From positions 45,776-109,775 of the forward strand of contig CDMY01000345.1 of assembly GCA_001179505.1 (NCBI GenBank): DNA of 64,000 nucleotides, read 5' to 3'. The DNA is from Vitrella brassicaformis CCMP3155. Lineage: Eukaryota; Protista; Chromerida. The notes beneath the pieces are model-generated. The model was not told the origin of the DNA, did no database searches, and saw only the letters and a program-made list of their open reading frames with translations. Every line of letters begins with the position of its first letter. Positions within the stretch are counted from its first letter, which is position 1. This document shows positions 11,703 to 22,915 of the stretch, piece after piece. The position numbers and the translations under genes were made by a program.

Positions 11703-12392
11703 CGTGTGTGTGTGTGTGTCTTGTGACTGTCCTTTATTCAGTATGCCATAGACAACCGCAACGCGTGGGCGCGCACCGAGGGGCTGCCTGAGGTGACGGG
11801 GTACGAGGACATTCTGCAGACCGACAACGCCACTCTGCTGCTGTCCGCCGACCACCGTGACTTCGACAGCCACCTGCTCACGCACCAGCAGGCCCACACC
11901 AGCCACTCGGTCGGGAGGGACCGGCCGGCCGACCTGCTCGCCCGTATCAAGCAGGACACCGATCAGGATTTCATGCTCATGAACACCGCCGATGGCAGCA
12001 GCTACGGGGCCGCCGCTGCTGCTGCTGGCTATGGCGACACGGACCTCATGCAGATGCACCACACACCCACCGGACACGGCCAGGGGGGAGGCAGGAAGCG
12101 CAAGAACTCCGGCGCCGGCAGCGATGCCGATAAGCCGGGCGGCAAGAAGGCCAAGCGCACCACCAAGAAGCAGCAGCAGCAGCAGCAGATGGCAGCAGAG
12201 GCCTTCGAGGCACCAACACACAACGACCAGCAGCAGCAGGAGCAGCAGCAGCAGCAGGTCATCGACAACATGCCCGACGTGGCCATGAAGCAGCCAGAGG
12301 AGGAAGCAGCACCGGCCGACATCGACCCGGTGGCCGTGGACGTCAGTGCCGCTGCTGCTGCTGCTGCTGGTGGTGAGCAGGAGGCCGCATGA
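9663..12392 (+). CDS. Putative ApiAP2-like DNA-binding protein with three repeated AP2-like units
   Basis: Long first exon, then introns 11381-11498 and 11605-11741. The spliced third unit GITWDPVRCRVRWKVG..EKRVSRNGGGDGLREAIQYAIDNRN resembles an AP2 domain (G-x-x-W..W..K..G..A..AI..R). Units 1 and 2 end in similar AIDERN / IITTRN helices. Basic NLS-like and poly-Q tail. Confidence 0.55.
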
Positions 12393-13116
12393 ATGGATGG
12401 ATCGATGGCTGGATGGATGGCCGACTAGCTAGATACTACCCACCTACCTACTGAGTGGATGTGTGTGTGTGTGTATGTGTAATGGAACACACCAACGACC
12501 GACCGATCGACCGACCCAAGGATGCATCCGTGGAGACGGACCTCTATCTGTCGATCTTTCTTTTTGCGTTTGAAGCACTCGCATGGGCAGTCGGTCGCGC
12601 AGTAAGCACTTGTAAGGTCACTTTCATCATGACTCAACGCGCACACACAGAGGGAGGGAGGGAGGGAGGGAGGGATTCGGGGAGAGAGGGATGGGTTTCT
12701 CACAATGCCCCCTCACTTCACGAACCCACCATGTACACTTACTTGTACGCCATCCATCCATCCATGTGTATCAGTGTGTGCGCGTTGGCTGTGGTTCTCC
12801 ATGGCAAGAGTAAAGGGAGAGAGAGAGGGAGAGAGAGAGATGACTGGAGGGGGAGGGAGAGGGAGAGGGGGAGGGGTGGTTGGCTGCAGCTACGGTAGGC
12901 GGTCACCCCCCACCTGTGACCCTGCATGCATGTAGTTCATGTCACGTGTGGTCGGTTGGTTCTTCGTAGAGAGACCCGTAACTGACTGACTGACGACTCG
13001 ACTCACTCATCGCCTTCAGGCAAGAAGTGAATGCAATGCACTCGTTCGTTCCGCTGCACAATACCCCCACCCGGCACCCACGCCACACAATGTCTCTCTC
13101 CATCTGTCTGTCTGTC

Positions 13117-14397
13117 TTATCGGTCAAAGCGCGTCAACACATACAGAGTAGACGGCACATTCTCATACAGAGCAGCCACAACCGTCCCCTCTCTCAGTTC
13201 CTTGTCCGTGCCCCTCTGAAATATCTGCAGCCACTCGCCACTCAGCCGCCTACACCGCACATGTGCCCACACACCGCCGGCAGCCATGCCCTCCCTCCCA
13301 CACACACTGCAATCCTTCACGTCAGCTGAGGGGCAATCCACACGCTGTCCCCCCACCCACTGGTGCGCCTTGATCCACTTGATCTTCGCACATCTCCCGG
13401 CCGTCTCGCATCGATTGACGCCGTGTTTGTAAGGGTGTGATGGGGACTCGTCGGCCTCGGCTTGGCGAGTGAGGTCGGAGCTGTATAGGTAGCTCATGTG
13501 GCCTCCGAGGGAGTGGCAGACGGCGATGCAGTCGGCGGCCGAGAGAGAGAGGGGGGCGGTCGGTGTCTTGATGCAGCGACGGTCTCTGAAGGGCACGTTA
13601 TTGATGTTGTCCTCCTTGCTCAGGGAACATACGCAGCACCTGAACTCACAGACACATCCACACACAAGGGATGGAAGGATGGATGGATGGATGTCTCTAG
13701 TCAGCTTCACTCGGGAAAGAGCTCCTTCTGCCCTGATGTGCTCTTGATCTTTCGGTAGGCCTCGCTCTTTTGGAAGGTACCCCATGGCTCAACGGCGATG
13801 CCCTTTGTGGCCGGCAGTGTCGTGTTCTCAAAGCCAGGCGAAGAGGACCAGGGTTCGTAGTCACTGGGGATGAATATCCGGGGGTCCACCTTAATCACCT
13901 TTGTTGGCTCTTCTGCATGACACACAGAAACACACAGAGACACAGACAAACGTCTGTCTACCCACCCCAACCCCCCCACCCTTTGTCTCCGTCACGAGCA
14001 CATCCAACGGCACAAAGTCCTTCCTGAGATGACCCGCATTCATGGCCACATAGCCGTCGTAGCACCAGCCCACATCTTGACAGCTCCTGTCGACGTAGAA
14101 GGCGTATTGCGCCATGTGTCGCTTCGTGCTGCACACGCCATTGCACGTCTCGGCAGCAGCAGAAGGCGGCAGGAAGGTGCAGGAGCGGTGGGCGGGACGG
14201 GCTTGTCCTCCCTCAGCTCTCGACTGGCAGTGGCAGCAGCTGCGTACATGCCAGTGGATGGACAGAACAGAAAAGGCTCGAAAGTGGCCATCAGGGAGGG
14301 GAGGATAGTAGGGGTGCCTAGGTCCCTTACCCGGTGTATTCGGATTCGTTGTCGTCAGTGAGGGGTTTGACAGTGACTTGCCTGGCCGATTTGGCAT
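13117..14397 (-). CDS. Uncharacterised Cys-rich protein, paralog A (5' end uncertain)
   Basis: Spliced: ..IAVEPWGTFQKS..FPE|CCVCS..RRCIK..DCIAVC..RCETAGRC..DCP..CSVC..HVRC..LREGTVVAALY..LYVLTRFDR*. Motifs are shared with the genes at 14.7-16.5 and 16.7-17.9 kb. Confidence 0.65.
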
Positions 14398-14724
14398 GAT
14401 CGACGCTCTGCAGGCGTACTACATCCTCCTTTTGCTGAGGCCTGATTGCATATAATTAGAGACGTGTGAGCAGAGAGGAGAGCACGTGCCGCGTCGCACA
14501 TGCGTGGCTGCCGCTCACCGCGGCGTTGGGGATACGACGGGGCCGCTGCAGTGAAGTGCAACCATTCATCCACCCCCACCAAGCACAGACAAAGCCTCTG
14601 ACAAGTTGGCCCGGTCTCCACTTCTGTGTGCGGGTACAGAGGCCACCTTACCTGCCCGGTTTGTTCGCTGACGCTCGATTGGACACGGCCAGCAGAGGCA
14701 GGCTGCACACCAGCAGGATTTGCA

Positions 14725-16548
14725 ATGCCATCGATGACTCACGGAACCACGACCAACTCGAGCTCGCACAACTTCCCCCACGCCCCCCAGTCTGCATGCC
14801 AGTGTCGTCTCCCCCGAGATGCATTTGTTCGCAGTAGTCTCCCTTGTCGTGGCTGCTGCCACGGCCACCAAGATGACCATGCGGCATGGCGTCCTCTCCT
14901 CCATGAGAAACGCCCCCTCGGCGGTGCGCCTCACCCGAATGGTGCTCCGCGGCCTCTCAGGTGCATGAGGCCGGTGGTGTGTAGTCTGCAGGCAGAAACA
15001 TGACTGCGTCTCTCTGCCCTTCTGCTTTGCAATGTTTTGCAATGCACTGCACTGCAGGGCGAGACCGACTCCGCCAGCCAGTGTGCCGCCAGCTGCCGAG
15101 ATTGAGGAGTCATCCGAATCTGAGCCGTGGACGGGTGGGTCTGTGCCAGGCCCCAACGGTGAGGATGACATTGACGACGACGAGACTGAGGAGGAGGAGG
15201 AAATGTCTGTGCAAGATGAGGTACATATGTAAAGGGTGGCACCGCATGGGTAGACAGACAGACAGACAGACAGACAGCCAGACCATTCTCGAATACATGC
15301 ACCGCTGCACACAGGGCAGGGCATGCAGCCGATGCTGCACGCCGCGCACTTTTGTTCATTCACGTTGGATGATGGGTACAGGAGGACGAGGAGCTCGAGA
15401 GGGATCTCAGAGCCATCGCCGCAAAGAAGCAGACGCCAATCGACGTCAGCAAGCAGCAGTTTGGGGCAAACATGTATGAATTCAACAAGGACATCGACGT
15501 GCCGCCGGACGCCGAGCGGGAAAACCCCTCTATGGAGGAGGACGGTGTGTGTGTGCGAGATGATACTCATGAGACAGGCAGGACTTCTTCTTCCATCCAC
15601 TGCGCTGGTTTCGTGTGCAGAGGTGTTTCCGTACGTGAGCAAGAGAATGGATCCGCTGCTCACCCTTCGGACCTACGATGTCACCGTGGTGCCGTGGGAC
15701 GTTTTCCTGCAGAGCGGCTCGTCGCAGTGGCTGAGAGACGCCGAAGAGCAGGGAACCCGGCAAGAGAGCTTCTACCCTATGTGAGGGCGTGCGTGTGTGC
15801 ATCCACACCATAAGGCATCCATGTCTCCCTCCCTCTCTCTCTCTTTGTAGGTGTTGCGTGTGCTCCTCTGCCGCCAAGGCGGAAGACATCGACTTGCCCA
15901 ACACCAGATGCATCAAGGTGGGCAGACACCGATGATGTCGCACCACTGTGGATCGACTTCACTGGTTGATCGGGCCGCATACCTCGCAGGTAGGGCCCTA
16001 CATTCCGCCGCCCCCCTCCGGCCCCAGGCCCCGCATGTTTGGTCAAACCGACTGCCTCGTCGTCTTCGACAAGCAGGACCACCTCTGGGCGATCTTTTAC
16101 GGCAGTGTGGATGATGAGTTGGACCCGCAACACGAAATTCCTGGCGTGCGTGTTGCGGAGAGATCGGCATGTGAAAGGGTGGAGCAGTGCAACAAGAAGA
16201 ACGTGCATCTGGCGGTGAGAAAGGCGGAGAGTGGGGTCTGGACAAAGTGCTCAAAATCGGACCCGCCCGGCTCTTGTGGCTTGTGCTCGGGGAAAGAGCT
16301 GCCATCCCATATGGGCTTCATCCGGTGTGAGGAGGTCAGTGAAGAGACAGAGAGAGAGAGAGAGAGAGAGATAAGTGTCTGTTTGTATGCAGGTCGATGA
16401 GCCTCTGCTGGAGATTCTGAGGCATGGGAGCAATATGGGGCTGACTCCAGAGGTTGGGGACCTCGCCGCCGTCAGGTATTCGCTAGTCAGGGAGAATATC
16501 TATGTGCTGACCCAATTCGACGAACACATGCTTCACCGCACGAGCTGA
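14725..16548 (+). CDS. Uncharacterised Cys-rich protein, paralog B (5' end uncertain; acidic N-terminal region)
   Basis: Spliced: ..VTVVPWDVFLQS..FYPM|CCVCS..TRCIK|..DCLVV..ACERVEQC..TKC..CGLC..FIRCEE|VDEPLLEILRHG..EVGDLAAVRYSLVRENIYVLTQFDEHMLHRTS*. Confidence 0.65.
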
Positions 16549-16736
16549 TGCGTGGCACTGTTAGCTGAAATACGTACGGGACTCTTGGCACTCTCTTGGC
16601 CCCCGCTATGTCACTCTGCTGATGTGAATTGCTGGATACTCTCTGGTGTGTGAGCCTTCAAGACCTCATACATACGATGACATACACATACATGTGTTCG
16701 ACGATATGTCTCTCTCCCTGCTCATAATATTGACAC

Positions 16737-17913
16737 CTATACCAGCTGTGTAAGCACCCACACGCACTCGCTCTCCAAGTTGTACCGAAAGGCAACCACA
16801 TCGTGGACATGGATGCCCCCTGACGGCGGCGGCGTGCCTGTGCGCTCATACAGCCGATATACGTCGTCCACCTGCCTCTGGCTTTGCAGCCGATCACATC
16901 TGACGTACCTGATCAAAGCTCATACATCCATGGGTTACATGGCAGAGACACAGACACGATGATCGTCTTGTCTCGCCCACCATTTTCCCTTGGGGTCTCT
17001 CTGCCCGCATAGGGGACATTCGATGAGGTCCCCCGGGTCTCTGCACCGCTGTCTGCCACTCTTGTCCAAGACGGGCATGGCGAGAAAATGCCTCATGCAC
17101 CGACCGGCCGTCTCGCACTTGTTGAAAGGCTGGCCTGTCTGTGGGTCGTGCTTCCAATAGTGCTGCGGCTGTACTTGACCCGAGTGGTAGAACCACGTGT
17201 GGTCACTCCCAAAGGCAACACGACACACATGATAGCAGTCGCCGGTCTGCGAGGAGAACAAGCGCACGATGGAAAAGGGCATACACACATGCAGCTATCG
17301 GGCCTCTGTGTGCATACCCACCCGCCCCATAGGCGGTCCGCCGTCGAAAAGCCGCACCCCCGGGCCAGTCCTTCCCACCGGTGGGCCACTATGTTCATCG
17401 AAAGGGACAAACCTGGGCACCTTGACGCAGTGCCGCTCTTTCCAAGGGATCCTTGTGATGGCGTCTCCCGACCCCCCAATGCCCTGGTCTTCTCCCTCCG
17501 GGCTGTCAACGCACACGCAGCAGCTGATCGACCACACGCAAGTCACCACGAGCAATGTGTCTCTCTCTCAGGTGTCTGTCATATGCAAAGCCTGGGCACC
17601 TTGCGCCCACCCACTTTGGGAACGGCTCTCTGGCCATTGCTGTCTGGGCGTGTGAGAATGTCGTCAGCACTCTTCGGTGGTCTGGCGATCCCTCGAATGC
17701 GTCCCATCTCCTGACGATGACGTACACGCCATCCCCTCGCACCGTGTCATCAGGCGGTGGCCGCGGCGGAGGAAGGGTGTGCGGCTTGCGGGTGGGCGCT
17801 GGGGGTTCCTCTTTCCTGATCTCTGGTGTTGGAGTCGTCTGAGGCTCTTCTTCCGGCTTTTCTTGGTCATATATCGTGGCGCCTGGTGAGCTGGCATAAG
17901 CCATGTGGTCCAT
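16737..17913 (-). CDS. Uncharacterised Cys-rich protein, paralog C (may extend 5' toward ~18500)
   Basis: Spliced: ..VIVRRWDAFEGS..PFPN|CCVCV..RHCVK|TGDCYHVC..KCETAGRC..QRC..CPLC..KW|YVRCD..IHVHDVVAFRYNLESECVWVLTQLV*. Confidence 0.65.
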
Positions 17914-18543
17914 TTCTCTCGCATCAGCAAAGAGCCCGAGCCTGCAATATCATCAGAGATGTTGCAGCCTTCTCCCGTGCCGTGCCGGTGTCTCTGTCTG
18001 TCAAGCTCCCCACTTCTACCATTCCATGTCATCTGCCCTCTGGGGAAGTGAAGGTGAGGAGCTCGTGGCCCCGAGATGGGTCTCGTTCCAGTGGGAGTCA
18101 TCCTCCCCCTCGTCGCCAGGCAGCACGTACACATCCTTCCTGCACGTCACAAGCACTCATTCGGACATGTCGCGCTGTGTGGGTAGTATCCTACTTGTTG
18201 TCTTCCTCTCCGGTGATGGGCTGACGAGCGCTTTGCCGTCTGCGGTGACTCCGGTGAGGCCTGATGACAGACAAACAGACAAACAGTGAGACACTCCATC
18301 AGGCGAGACTCAGTGTCGCAAGCCATCGATGCCCACGTTGCAGACAGAAGCCATGAGGCAAGGATAAGGCAGAACAGATTCCCCGCGGAGTCCATTGAAG
18401 GGAATCCCAAGGGGGACTGGGCTGCATGCAAGAGCTCTGGGCCCCCACCGCCCCCACCCCTCCCTTCCACCACGGGCAGCCACGGGTTCTGGTGACGGCG
18501 GGCGAGGACACGAGCCAGCATCTGTAAGACGGTCTCTCAGTAT

Positions 18544-19105
18544 ATGTCGGGGACTCAGGCCACGAGCCAGCAGCTGACGGTGCTCTCACCGATATACCGG
18601 CCACCCAAATGGTCGATGCCCGGCCGGCGCTCTGAAGTAAGATCAATCACGAGAGGTCGACGTCAAAGAAGTGTTGCTTACCTGCAGGGCCGCGAGGTGA
18701 CGCCTGGTCCGGGAGCTTACTCGCCTGGTGAGCAATCGGCCTGTTGCGTCTCCATGGCATTGATGGCACGTCCGTCTGGACGATGGATGGTCGGATGGAC
18801 GCATGCAGGAACGACCAAGCGCCGTCAGCCACATTGGGGCTTCGGCACGAGCAAGAGGGAGCCGTTCAAAGGTGGCCTTCCCCCAGGCCCTGGCACATAC
18901 GACCTCACAATGCAGCCAAAGGTGTGTCTACTGACTGGCCGTTTTTTCGCTCCTTCTGGATATGCATCGCCTTCATTTCCCTCTCTCCTGGTGTCTTGGC
19001 GCACATGTTTGTCTCAAGACGCCCAAGTGGAGCATGAAGGCAAGACAGCAAGTGAAGCTGCCCCCGGGCAACACCGTTGGCCTACAAGTCACGCAGTTTG
19101 GGTGA
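18544..19105 (+). CDS. Small ODF3/SHIPPO-like (sperm-tail PG-rich repeat) axonemal protein
   Basis: PKWSM..TPGPGAYSP|..WGFGTSKR..PGPGTYD..|TPKWSM..TQFG*. The PGPGxY repeats with FGTSKR spacers are diagnostic. Confidence 0.8.
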
Positions 19106-19326
19106 GAAACACCAAGTACAGTACACGGGCGGGGCACAGACCGACCGCCCGGATACGCCTCTCGCCTGTCTGGTCAGGTACTAGAACCTGACTCGTGTGT
19201 GCGTTGTGCGTGTGTGGTGTGGTGGATGGAGTTTGTGTCCTCTGGCTCATAAACACAAGAGAAGCCCAAAATCGCTCAGGGGCGTGCAGTAGCGTGCAGT
19301 TAAGACACGAATGAATTGGTGCTGTC

Positions 19327-19792
19327 CATTCCATCAAAGACAGTAGTCCCCGCTTCATGCAAGTGTTTCTGCCAAAAGCACACACAGCCCGGAAGGGTAA
19401 CCCTCCCGCCCCTCCGATCGATCTACACACAGGCTCTCTCTCCGCCCTCCTCGGCCCGATGCCAACAGTTACCAAATGTCTGTCTGTCTGTCTGCCTGGA
19501 TCTTCCCCCTCTGCCCGCCCCTCCCTCCATCAGACCTCCTCGATATCGTCCCCCTCTACTATGTTGTCAATGTCGTCCAGCAGTGGCGAAACGGAGCAAC
19601 ACACGAGGAATCTCTCTGACACACAAACACACACACACACACACACAGACACACACAGAGAGAGAGAGAGGGGTCGGATGGTGTGAGTGTGTGTTGGAGG
19701 TGTGGGTGGGTGGGCGGATGTGTGAGCTTACGGATGTGCACTGAGGAAGGAAAACGAATCGGCTAGGAACTCATAGACCAACTTGATGTAGC
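19327..19792 (-). pseudogene. Chimeric duplicated fragment: KH-RING exon-intron-exon piece fused to the RAD17 terminal codons and 3'UTR
   Basis: 19583-19792 matches 41629-41801 (same strand, intron retained). 19424-19582 is the reverse complement of 8928-9092, with patchy similarity out to 19327. Confidence 0.88.
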
Positions 19793-19966
19793 AGGATGGT
19801 GAGCCAGCCGGCACTGTGGGGTCATGCATTGCATCTCACAGACACGTCGAGCGTCACACACATCTGCATCCCCTCCATCACCATCAATGGGTGTGTCCGT
19901 CCGTCCCTCACTACCGGCCTTCACTCGCTCAACACACGAGAGTCCAACGACTTAGTCTACGGCCAG

Positions 19967-22718
19967 CTAGTTGCCACACGCCACCTGTATATCGTCGGCC
20001 CCCATCACCTCACGCACCACCGCCACTGTCTGGGGAAACCTGGCGGCACCCTCCCTGCCGGGAACAGGAACCTCCGTCGTGCAGAGGACGGCATGGGCCT
20101 CGTTGAGGTGCTGGGGTTGGTCAATGGTGCTGTAGATGGTGATGTGGGTCTCGAACTTGTGGTGGGGTCGGTCGCCATGCAGCACTATGGTGCGGTCGAC
20201 GCCTCCTGCTGCCGTCCAGTGTCTGGTGCTGATGGTGTGACAGCCCCAGATGGGCGGCTGCTGAGTGGCGAGCTGCTCCTGAAGGGAAAGCGAGATATGA
20301 CAATGAGCGAGTGGGGAAGCTGGTGAGGCTCTTGTGCGACTGACCAGTCGGTTGAACCGCGTGGCATTGTTGAGCTGGTAGGCACACACAACAAGATGGT
20401 CCGCGACCGACAACCCTCCAAAGCGCATCCTGATCAGACACATCAATGGCAGTCAGAGCGGTGCAGCCAATGTGCTTATGTGCCACTGTGCTCATCCAAC
20501 ACAGCATATTCATAACCTTCGAACAGTCATATACACACGCAACCAAATGACCCATTGCCCATAGCTATTCCCCCCTCCCTCCCCGCCATGCACACACACG
20601 GGGTTGGCCGGGTCGTATCCATTGCGGAAGGGGTGGTTGGCCGGCAGGGTCTCCGGTGGGCGGATGGTCATCAGCGGATACCCCTTCAGCCGATCCTCTG
20701 ACGCAAAGATGACCCATTGCCCATAGCTCTCTCTCCCCTCTCCCTCCCCTCCCTCACCTGCATACTCACACGCGGGGTTGTTCAAGTCGAATCTATTGCG
20801 GAAGAGGCTGAAGAGGCTGCCTCGCGGCAGGGTGTGCCGTGTGCGAATGGTGAGCCGATTGCCACCCAGCCGCTCCCCGCTGTTGCTGACGCGCTCGAGC
20901 GTCATGTCCAGGTGGCGGGCGATGAGGGACAGCTGGCGCAACGCCTCACATCGGCCGTCGAAGACCGCCCGGCTGCCTACCGCCTCCACATCAGCACTGC
21001 CCAACTCTATCGGCAGCCGTCCCTCTCCCCGCCCCTGGTGCACAGCCACCCTAACGAGTGGCTCCCACCCCGTCCAGTCGCCGCTCTTGTCGAGGAAGTA
21101 CGCCAGCCGCAGCAGCGAGTCGACGGATGTCAGCTGGGGGGAGATGGTGATGATGCCCTGGAGGCCCTTGGCGACGAGCAGGCCGTCGATGTACTTGTTG
21201 ACCTCCTCGACCACGACGTGCTCATTGGTGTCGTTGAGCTGTGCGATGACTGCGTGTTTGGTGGCCTCCGAGCGGGCCGCCTTCCTGATCAGCACCGAAC
21301 AGAGGGACGTGACCGTCTGATGGATGAAACAAACGGGCCAACAATCCGAGCAAGAGGGCCACCGTGACGCGTTCACATGATCTGCGTGTGTGCGCGGTCT
21401 CCTTCACCTGTGGCTGCGGCAAGTCGGCTACAGGACCATCAGCAGCGGATGACGATGACGCTGAAGCCGCCATCGCTTGGTCGGAAAGCGTCTGCACCAG
21501 GAGTGCAGAGGCATGGTCGCATCCCTCTCTCATCCATATCTCCCTGCTCATCAATATCTCCCTGCTCACCAAAATCGCCAGACGATACCGAGTCAGGAAT
21601 TAGGCATTGATTACATCATGCCCCTTCATACCAATTTCATGTCTCGTAGATCTCGAGGGTGGTTTCAGGGTTTAGCTCGCAGGGTCCTCTCTCCTCCCCG
21701 GGTCACCTCCTTGTCCGACGACAGACGCTGCAGCGCCCGCATGCACGGTGTGCTCGCCGCCGCTGGAGAGCCGCTGTCGTCGTCACCCGTCGGCCGCGAC
21801 AGCAAGAGGTCGAAGTAGAACACCACAGATGGGTCTTCCTTCTCGCTCTCGCGTGGCTCGAGCGACAGCAGGTTGTCGTGTCGTATGCGACCAGAACGCG
21901 CAGGATGGCGCGGAAGGCCGTCGGGTCTACGTCAAGGAAAATGGGCGGGGGCGTGCTGCTGCACACAGAGGGGGAGGTTGGGCTGGAGGGAGATGTGGAA
22001 GCGGCTGGCTGGTAGGGGACGAGCATGTGGTCGAATGCTGCATGACAAACAGACAGGGAGAGGGAGGGGGAGGGGGAGGGGGAGAAGGAGAAGGAACAAT
22101 GAATCCATGGCTGGCGCGGGTGTGTCAAAAGTCACAGTGCCCTTTCATTTTGCGTGCATTGCATACCGCCGGAGAAGAGGTCGCATAGGAGGGATTCGCT
22201 CACGCACGTGAGGGTGGAGCGGGGAACCTATACATAGACAGACAGACAGACAGGCAGAGGCAGGGCGGCACGTATTTGGATGGAACGACCTCTGTCTACG
22301 TCTGCATACTCACTCACCATGAAGCCTTCGCCACCGACATTAACGACCAGAATGTCCTTGGGATCACCGCGGATGTCCCGCCACCTCCTGGCCCGCACAT
22401 ACTCATCGAGTTCCTTCCGCTTCCGCTCAACCAACTCACGACGCCTCTGGAAATGCAATGCACACATTGTCAAGGGAAGGCATTTGCAGCGCGGCCATGC
22501 ATTTCAACCTCCGTAGTGATGATGCAGCGTACCTTCAGGTCTCTGACGACGCTCTGCACCTTTCCTGTAAGACTCTGCAGCGGGCAGTCGACGCTGGGAA
22601 GGCCAGTGAGTCCCACACGGGACATCCCGTCCTCCTCCGCCTCTGCACAATTCATCTGCATGACGAAGCTGCGCGCTTGGCGCGCGATCAGAACCGTTGG
22701 AAATCTCAGCTCTGCCAT
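19967..22718 (-). CDS. BTB/POZ (KCTD-type) domain protein with coiled-coil N-terminus and lineage-specific C-terminal domain
   Basis: ELVERKRKELDE..ILVVNVGGEGF|..IFLDVDPTAFRAILRVL is the BTB_2 signature. It is followed by long exons (SLLRLAYFLDKSGDWTGWEPLV.., ..RTIVLHGDRPHHKFETHI..RFPQTVAVVREVMG). Confidence 0.7.
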
Positions 22719-22915
22719 CTGTAGGTGTCTGTCGTCTCTATATACGTCTGTACGAGTCTTGTATACGAAGGCAGTGGGGGGGCAGGTGGTCTGATCTCTG
22801 TTCTCTCTGCTCTCCTCTGGTCTGTCTGTCTGCCTGCGTGTGCTGTGGAGCGATGTGCTGCCAGATAGGTAGATGTAGGTAGCTTGGCTTGACGGACCGC
22901 TGCTGCTGCCAGGTC

